This document shows positions 58,404-64,000 of a stretch of DNA of 64,000 nt, in pieces. The translations under genes and the position numbers were made by a program. Every line of letters begins with the position of its first letter. The stretch's first letter is position 1. This DNA comes from Candidatus Berkelbacteria bacterium (GTDB taxonomy: Bacteria; Patescibacteriota; UBA1384; XYA2-FULL-43-10; 1-14-0-10-43-13). Location: the NCBI GenBank assembly GCA_037143235.1, contig JBAWZC010000001.1, positions 65,132 to 129,131 of the forward strand. Reading direction: 5' to 3'. The notes under the pieces are model-generated. The model saw only the letters and a list, made by a program, of their open reading frames with translations. It was not told the origin of the DNA and made no database searches.

Positions 58404-60116
58404 ATGACAAAAATCATTCGTTCTATTTGGCTAGTGCCTCTGTTCACTCTTTCTTTTTTACTTTTTCCTCTGATCACCCAAGCTCGTAGCGCCTCCGAAA
58501 TCACCGACTGGTATCTAAAAGATTTTCATTCTGACATCACCGTCAATACCGACGGCACTATTGATGTTACAGAAAAAATAACAGCTGATTGTGGGGATCT
58601 GCCCGACAAACACGGCATCTTCCGCGTTCTCCCAACCCGATTCAAACTTGACGGCAAATTTATCGAAACTCCGATCAAGCTTATCGACATCACTGATCTA
58701 GTGGGTCAAGATTATATGTATTCCGAGTCAACTGATCAATTTAACCACACACTGACGTGGAAAATTGGCGACCCAAACATCTCTGTAACTGGTGCAAATG
58801 ACTACATACTCAAATATCGCATTCGAAACACTATCATCGACAGTAGAGCAACCGATCGATTTTTCTGGAACCTTTCTGGTAATCAATGGGGTATTCCAAT
58901 TGACAAATTCAGCGCCACTGTCACCTTCCCCCCTGCCGTCAACAAAATCAATACATTGGCGTATTTTGGAACACAAGGTTCGACAAACTCAGATGATCTC
59001 AAAGTGACACAGTTAGCGAACAATGTTATCAATTTCGAAACTTCTCGGACCATTGTTCAGGGCGAAGGCGTCAGCGCCGACTTTAGTATTGCTCCCAATA
59101 ATATGATATCCAACGCCGGCCTGACTTGGTTTGAACTTTATGACAATTATCTTTTCGTCCTTATCCCCATCCTGATTTTTGTCTTCATTTTCAATTACTG
59201 GAAAAAGTATGGCCGTGATCACAAGGTGAATAAATCTATCATGGCTGAATATGAGCCACCCAAAAACCTGTCGGCTGGCGCAGTCCAATTCCTTGCTCGT
59301 GGCGGCTATTTCGACAACAATATTGTCACAGCCGAACTCATCTATCTTGCGACCAAAGGTCATCTTAAGATCGAAGAAATCGAGAAGAAAGGCCTCTTTG
59401 GCGGCAAAGATTACAAACTGACCAAGATTGATAAATCCGACAAGCTTCTGCCATATCAAGACATTCTACTTGGATGGTTCTTCCAAAGTGGGTCCGAGTC
59501 ATTACTTTCTAGCATCAAAAAAGATGCTATCTCCAACAACAAATACTTGAAGATCTTTCAAGACGATCTACGAAAATACTGTGAGGACTCTGGATATATC
59601 GAAAAGGGCGGCGCAACGCGAATGATCGTCTTCATCATTCTTGGGGTAATCCTCATCGTTGGTGGGTTCTATGTTGGCTCCCTAAACTTATATCTGGCCG
59701 CTGCCATCATCATTTCTGGAATAATTGCCATTATTTTCGGCGCACTAATGCCCAAATTAACTCAAAGTGGTGCCGAGCTGGCTTGGCAGATCAAAGGGCT
59801 GAAGCTATTTATGACCACAGCCGAAAAATATCGCCAACAATTCAACGAAAAAGAAAACATCTTTGACAAACTTCTCCCCTATGCCATTGGTTTTGGTATC
59901 ACGGGGCTTTGGATCAAGAAGATGAAACTGATTTATGGCGACCAATACTTCGGGGCATACCACCCTATTTGGTACTACGGCGCCATCGGCTCGTTTGATG
60001 TCGATTCGTTTACATCAGCGATGAACTCAGTTACAAGCGCCGTTTCCTCCGCTTCGTCCTCTGGCTCTGGCGGTGCCGGGGGCGGTGGAGGTGGTGGAGG
60101 AGGAGGCGGTTGGTAA
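58404..60116 (+). CDS. DUF2207-family membrane protein with C-terminal poly-Gly tail
   Basis: signal peptide, large extracytoplasmic domain, 3 TMs, terminal SGSGGAGGGGGGGGGGGW. Confidence 0.7.
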   Translation: MTKIIRSIWLVPLFTLSFLLFPLITQARSASEITDWYLKDFHSDITVNTDGTIDVTEKITADCGDLPDKHGIFRVLPTRFKLDGKFIETPIKLIDITDLVGQDYMYSESTDQFNHTLTWKIGDPNISVTGANDYILKYRIRNTIIDSRATDRFFWNLSGNQWGIPIDKFSATVTFPPAVNKINTLAYFGTQGSTNSDDLKVTQLANNVINFETSRTIVQGEGVSADFSIAPNNMISNAGLTWFELYDNYLFVLIPILIFVFIFNYWKKYGRDHKVNKSIMAEYEPPKNLSAGAVQFLARGGYFDNNIVTAELIYLATKGHLKIEEIEKKGLFGGKDYKLTKIDKSDKLLPYQDILLGWFFQSGSESLLSSIKKDAISNNKYLKIFQDDLRKYCEDSGYIEKGGATRMIVFIILGVILIVGGFYVGSLNLYLAAAIIISGIIAIIFGALMPKLTQSGAELAWQIKGLKLFMTTAEKYRQQFNEKENIFDKLLPYAIGFGITGLWIKKMKLIYGDQYFGAYHPIWYYGAIGSFDVDSFTSAMNSVTSAVSSASSSGSGGAGGGGGGGGGGGW

Positions 60117-60162
60117 TTTAGTTAACGATAAATGTTGCACGAAAATTCAATTTGATCAGACT

Positions 60163-60798
60163 ATGGATTTGAAATGGAATAAAAACCTAGCATACGCTGT
60201 TGGCTTATTCGTTTCTGATGGTTATTTATCAATAGATGGCCGTCATCTAGATTTTACCTCAAAAGATATTGAGCAAATTGAAAATTTCAAGCAATGCCTC
60301 TCCATCACAACGCCAATATCTCTAAAATCAAACGGACACAACAATCGCGACTACTTTCGCATCCAATTCAGCAATGTTGCGCTATATAAGTTTTTTAACA
60401 AAATAGGCATCACAAACAATAAAAGCCTAACGATTAGTCAGGTGGAAATAAACGTCAGGTTTTTCGCTGATTTTTTGCGAGGACTACTCGACGGTGACGG
60501 ATCGATTAGCCTATCGAAGCACCCTGAAAGCAAATTTTTGCAAGTAAAAATACGATTTGCCTCCGGTAGTAAAAATTTTCTAGTTTGGCTGATGAAAAAT
60601 ATAAAAAACGAGACAACCGTCACGGGAGGTTTTTTAGTAAGTGTTTCGCGTTGTTGGCAACTAGTTTACGGCAAAAATGACTCACAAAAATTGATTCGTT
60701 ATATGTACAGTAAAGACAATATTATTTGTCTTAGCCGAAAAAAAGCAACTGCGATGTCTGTTTTACGTTTACAAGAGGAACAAAATAAGGTAAAATAG
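60163..60798 (+). CDS. LAGLIDADG homing endonuclease (paralog of 40161-40793)
   Basis: AYAVGLFVSDGY and DFLRGLLDGDGS; ~45% identical by eye to the other copy; ends 8 nt before tRNA-Leu(UAG). Confidence 0.85.
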   Translation: MDLKWNKNLAYAVGLFVSDGYLSIDGRHLDFTSKDIEQIENFKQCLSITTPISLKSNGHNNRDYFRIQFSNVALYKFFNKIGITNNKSLTISQVEINVRFFADFLRGLLDGDGSISLSKHPESKFLQVKIRFASGSKNFLVWLMKNIKNETTVTGGFLVSVSRCWQLVYGKNDSQKLIRYMYSKDNIICLSRKKATAMSVLRLQEEQNKVK

Positions 60799-60805
60799 TC
60801 TTAAT

Positions 60806-60889
60806 GCGGGCGTGGCGAAATGGTACACGCGCATGCCTTAGGAGCATGTGGGGAAACCCTTGGAGGTTCAAGTCCTCTCGCCCGCACCA
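60806..60889 (+). tRNA. tRNA-Leu(UAG), CCA encoded
   Basis: GCGGGCG..CATGC-CTTAGGA-GCATG..long variable arm..GGTTCAAGTCC..CGCCCGC-ACCA. Confidence 0.85.
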
Positions 60890-60978
60890 TAAACGATTAA
60901 TTTCAAAAATTTGCATTATATTTCTAAAGGTTTTATAATAAAATCAACAATTTAATTTTACTCTTTCAAGGAGGGACC

Positions 60979-61548
60979 ATGGGAGATGACGAAGACAAAG
61001 TTCTGGAAGAAGAATCCAAGAACTGGGGTACGCCAAGTCAAAAGACGACCGACGATAGCACTGATAACGCAACTACATCTAGCGATGATGGTGATTTTAC
61101 TTTTCATCCATTTGCCAACTCGCCAGCGCAACCCGCTGTCGATACAAAAATAGCTGACACAAAGCCAGCCAAATCTCCATTTGATGATGACGAGGAAGAT
61201 CTTGCTCCCGACACCATCGTTGGTAGTCCTGTAGTCAAAACAGACTCGGAAACCAAAGATGACGCTACTTTCACCGTTGACGATGTCAAAAATGAAACTG
61301 GGGACACAATAGTGAACAATAGCGAAGACAAAAAGGTCGAGACTACCGCAGATTTGTCCTCGATCAAAACTGATTTCGACAAAGCTGCTTCCGATATCAA
61401 GGCTGGCATCGACAAGATGTCTTCGATCCTATCAGATCTGATTGCTAAGTCAGATTCACTTGAGAAGTCAAACCAATCGCTCGAGGACGAAAAAACCAAG
61501 CTCGAAGCTGGTATCGCCAAAGTCAAAGACGCGTTCTCCACACTATAA
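60979..61548 (+). CDS. hypothetical highly acidic protein (189 aa, Asp/Thr/Ser-rich then C-terminal coiled coil)
   Basis: GGAGGG RBS; low complexity. Confidence 0.45.
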   Translation: MGDDEDKVLEEESKNWGTPSQKTTDDSTDNATTSSDDGDFTFHPFANSPAQPAVDTKIADTKPAKSPFDDDEEDLAPDTIVGSPVVKTDSETKDDATFTVDDVKNETGDTIVNNSEDKKVETTADLSSIKTDFDKAASDIKAGIDKMSSILSDLIAKSDSLEKSNQSLEDEKTKLEAGIAKVKDAFSTL

Positions 61549-61552
61549 TTTT

Positions 61553-62083
61553 TTAGAGAGTTATAAAATCTTTCAATTTATTAAAGGTAGCATCTCCAAT
61601 ACCTTTGACATTTTTTAGTTCTTCGAGAGTCTTAAAACCGCCCTTCGCCACCCGATAATCGATAATTCTACCCGCATAAGCCGCCCCTATCCCCGGCAAA
61701 GTATCTAGTTGTGCCGCATTTGCCGTATTGATATTTACCTTACCTTTTGGCGCAATTATTGCAGCAGTTTTCGAAGTCGACGAGCTTTGAGACTCACTAC
61801 TGGCAGAGGCCACAGCGATAGATTGCTCACTTGAGACACTTGGACTACCTAGTGATTTATCTGCAGTTTTGCTTTCCAGCGCACTCAGTCGAGCCGACAA
61901 CTCTTTGTACTCGGCTTGCCACTCGGGCTCTCCCCTGTTTTCTAACCAAAGCAGACCGCCAGAAAGCACTATCACAAAAATTAATAGTCCGCCGCCGATA
62001 TATAGTCGATATTTATCGACGAATTCTTTCGTCTTCTCAATAAATTTCTCGTACTCAGTTTTTTTGAGCTTGATCTTGTCCAT
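61553..62083 (-). CDS. comEA: ComEA-like competence protein (TM + tandem helix-hairpin-helix)
   Basis: NINTANAAQLDTLPGIGAAYAGRIIDYR...LKNVKGIGDATFNKL. Confidence 0.8.
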   Translation of the reverse strand: MDKIKLKKTEYEKFIEKTKEFVDKYRLYIGGGLLIFVIVLSGGLLWLENRGEPEWQAEYKELSARLSALESKTADKSLGSPSVSSEQSIAVASASSESQSSSTSKTAAIIAPKGKVNINTANAAQLDTLPGIGAAYAGRIIDYRVAKGGFKTLEELKNVKGIGDATFNKLKDFITL

Positions 62084-62129
62084 ACAAATATTTTATCACC
62101 ACCAACTATTGGCCACAAACGGCAACTAT

Positions 62130-62879
62130 TTATTCTTTTGAAACTTTCCAAAGTTGTTCAAACCAACTTTTCATTGTGATAGCGTATTCCTTCGAAGTCA
62201 CGACAAATCCAAAATTCTCCTTGGCTGTCGTGATTACTGCAACTGTATTTTGATAAATCGTCACATGCCCAGGACTAACAAAATCAGCTGGCGAGTATCT
62301 GATTTGACGAATAGTCTCCTCTGGTGACTGGAAGATGGATTCAGCTACTTCCGCTGCACGAACTCTGACAGATCGAGTTTTTATCCCCTTGGCAATTCTG
62401 TTTTTAATGAATTTTTCCAGATAACGCTTCCCAATTACCTCAACAATCTTGTCGTATTCTCCGACATACAAAATCTCTGTCTCCCCGGAGACAATCATTT
62501 CATCATAAATCTGACGAATCTCATCTTGACCCTTGAAAAATCGCATACTCGGCTCGACCATCGAAGTTGAGTACAACCTTTTTAATTCTGGCAAGATTGA
62601 TTTTGCTGTTTTTTCTCGTTCAGTAGCCTCATCCTTCTGTCTTTTCGCAAGATTCAAAACAGCTTCAGGTGGATTCGGTAGATACACACGCCTCGAACAT
62701 CTCTGCAATATTTCAACCAATCCTATACTTTTCAGGTTCTCCAAAATATACACCACCGTATTTCGCGGCAATTCTACTTTTTGGGCCAACGGCACGATAT
62801 GAGTCTCGCCCATTTCGAGCAAGGCCAAATACACCTTCACATCCTTCTTATCCAAGCCTAATTTTTCAATTTCTTCCAT
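62130..62879 (-). CDS. TrmB-family transcriptional regulator
   Basis: N-terminal wHTH LGLDKKDVKVYLALLEMGETHIVPLAQKVELPRNTVVYILENL + C-terminal TrmB-like domain. Confidence 0.7.
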   Translation of the reverse strand: MEEIEKLGLDKKDVKVYLALLEMGETHIVPLAQKVELPRNTVVYILENLKSIGLVEILQRCSRRVYLPNPPEAVLNLAKRQKDEATEREKTAKSILPELKRLYSTSMVEPSMRFFKGQDEIRQIYDEMIVSGETEILYVGEYDKIVEVIGKRYLEKFIKNRIAKGIKTRSVRVRAAEVAESIFQSPEETIRQIRYSPADFVSPGHVTIYQNTVAVITTAKENFGFVVTSKEYAITMKSWFEQLWKVSKE

Positions 62880-62973
62880 ATTTTTATAATCTCGTTTCGT
62901 CGAACTATTTCGACATTATTATTACAATACAATATATCAGGGCTGTATCTTTGTCAATATATGTCTATATGTA

Positions 62974-63207
62974 TTGACATTATATAAATATAGTGCTATA
63001 ATGCCAATTGTTACGATCAGTATTATGGCTGACGTAAAGAGGAGAAAGAAAATGCTAGAATTAAGCGTTGTGGCAATATTTACAGTTATTGCCTATGTAA
63101 TCGCATGCTTTTTAGGCATGCAAGGGCTGATATTGGCTCTAACGACAATCGCTATCGTCATCATAATGATAGCAACGCTATTCTATGTAATAGAAAAAAA
63201 AATTTAA
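62974..63207 (+). CDS. hypothetical small membrane protein
   Basis: 77 aa, two TMs. Confidence 0.35.
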   Translation: MTLYKYSAIMPIVTISIMADVKRRKKMLELSVVAIFTVIAYVIACFLGMQGLILALTTIAIVIIMIATLFYVIEKKI

Positions 63208-63223
63208 CGATGGTGATTTCATA

Positions 63224-63775
63224 GTGACGTTGGTAATGGTACTAGCGTCTACCACCTGCATAATCGGAATAGTGATAGGAAAACTTGGAACAAATACAAT
63301 TTGGCCAATGGTGGCCATCGTCGCAATAATGGTTTCGATCAAGATTCAGCTCTCATATAGGGAAAGATTCGTTGACAAGAAACCATTCGAGACAGTTGAT
63401 ATCACTAAGGAGATAGTATTCGACTGTCGCTACACAGGAGAGCCTCTAAACAAACCCAATGTGAGAAAAATATTTCTCTCCTTGGGCTGCTCGAGTGAAA
63501 TCATCCAATGGTATGATGATGAATTTCGAAATTTGTTGGAGCGCTACTCCTCTGATTATTGGCTGCTCGAAATACGAGCCATCGTAAACCATGGTGAGGC
63601 AAAGGAAGATATAATGTGTTACGAGATCTCAATACGAGATCGCTGCATTATATCGGCAGCAGGCTCAACAATGAGCAGTGGCTACACATTCTGGGTAACG
63701 GGTACCCTCCAGCACCCGACTGGAGTCTATCTCCCAGAAAAGTGCAGATTACACATCAGAGGTGAAAAAAATTAG
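63224..63775 (+). CDS. hypothetical protein with N-terminal TM pair
   Basis: 183 aa ORF. Confidence 0.4.
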   Translation: MTLVMVLASTTCIIGIVIGKLGTNTIWPMVAIVAIMVSIKIQLSYRERFVDKKPFETVDITKEIVFDCRYTGEPLNKPNVRKIFLSLGCSSEIIQWYDDEFRNLLERYSSDYWLLEIRAIVNHGEAKEDIMCYEISIRDRCIISAAGSTMSSGYTFWVTGTLQHPTGVYLPEKCRLHIRGEKN

Positions 63776-64000
63776 TAATCTCCAAACGCAAGACCAGCCC
63801 TGACTCATAGTCACGGCTGGTCTATTTTATTTTATACTCCCCGTCCCGATCCACTCAAAACTTTATTCCATATGTAGTGCGGACTCAAAATTTTTCATTT
63901 TTTCTATCAATTTCGGGTATTTGTCTATTTCAGGAGTAATTGTCTTGGCTGCTTGAACTGCCAAATCCATAGTTTCAATATCACCCATACTTGCCATTTT

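Overview
This window is an AT-rich, gene-dense bacterial segment; it is most likely from a small-genome Patescibacteria/CPR-like organism, judged by the many tiny accessory ORFs, homing endonucleases, CCA-encoding tRNAs and short housekeeping proteins, though phylum assignment cannot be made from the sequence alone. All calls below were made by eye from the sequence and the ORF track; no searches were run.

Housekeeping content includes gpmI, secA, hpf, serS, lysS, greA, an mrdA-mreDCB-mltG-ruvX cluster, ftsA, a short alaS, rpsA, secG, rlmN, comM/yifB, miaA, comEA, and a complete F-type ATP synthase operon. The operon is interrupted by three extra small ORFs.

Four things stand out.
1. A clear heliorhodopsin gene (26194-26952) sits next to a membrane protein with a cytochrome-b5-like domain.
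2. A cluster of tRNA genes has been repeatedly invaded by small homing-endonuclease elements: four GIY-YIG and two LAGLIDADG genes. This has left split or chimeric tRNA paralogs that flank intact tRNA-Leu(UAA) and tRNA-Phe copies.
3. A family of 'TGTCAT-hairpin-ATC' inverted-repeat mini-elements occurs at several sites. One carries a GIY-YIG gene, and one is an in-frame insertion inside alaS.
4. Several nested intergenic repeat families are present.

Other points of interest are a two-gene acidic hypothetical island (9935-12423), a 563-aa bitopic protein sitting where ftsZ would be expected after ftsA, and a 1935-aa LamG/FN3-like surface protein next to a MacB-like ABC exporter.
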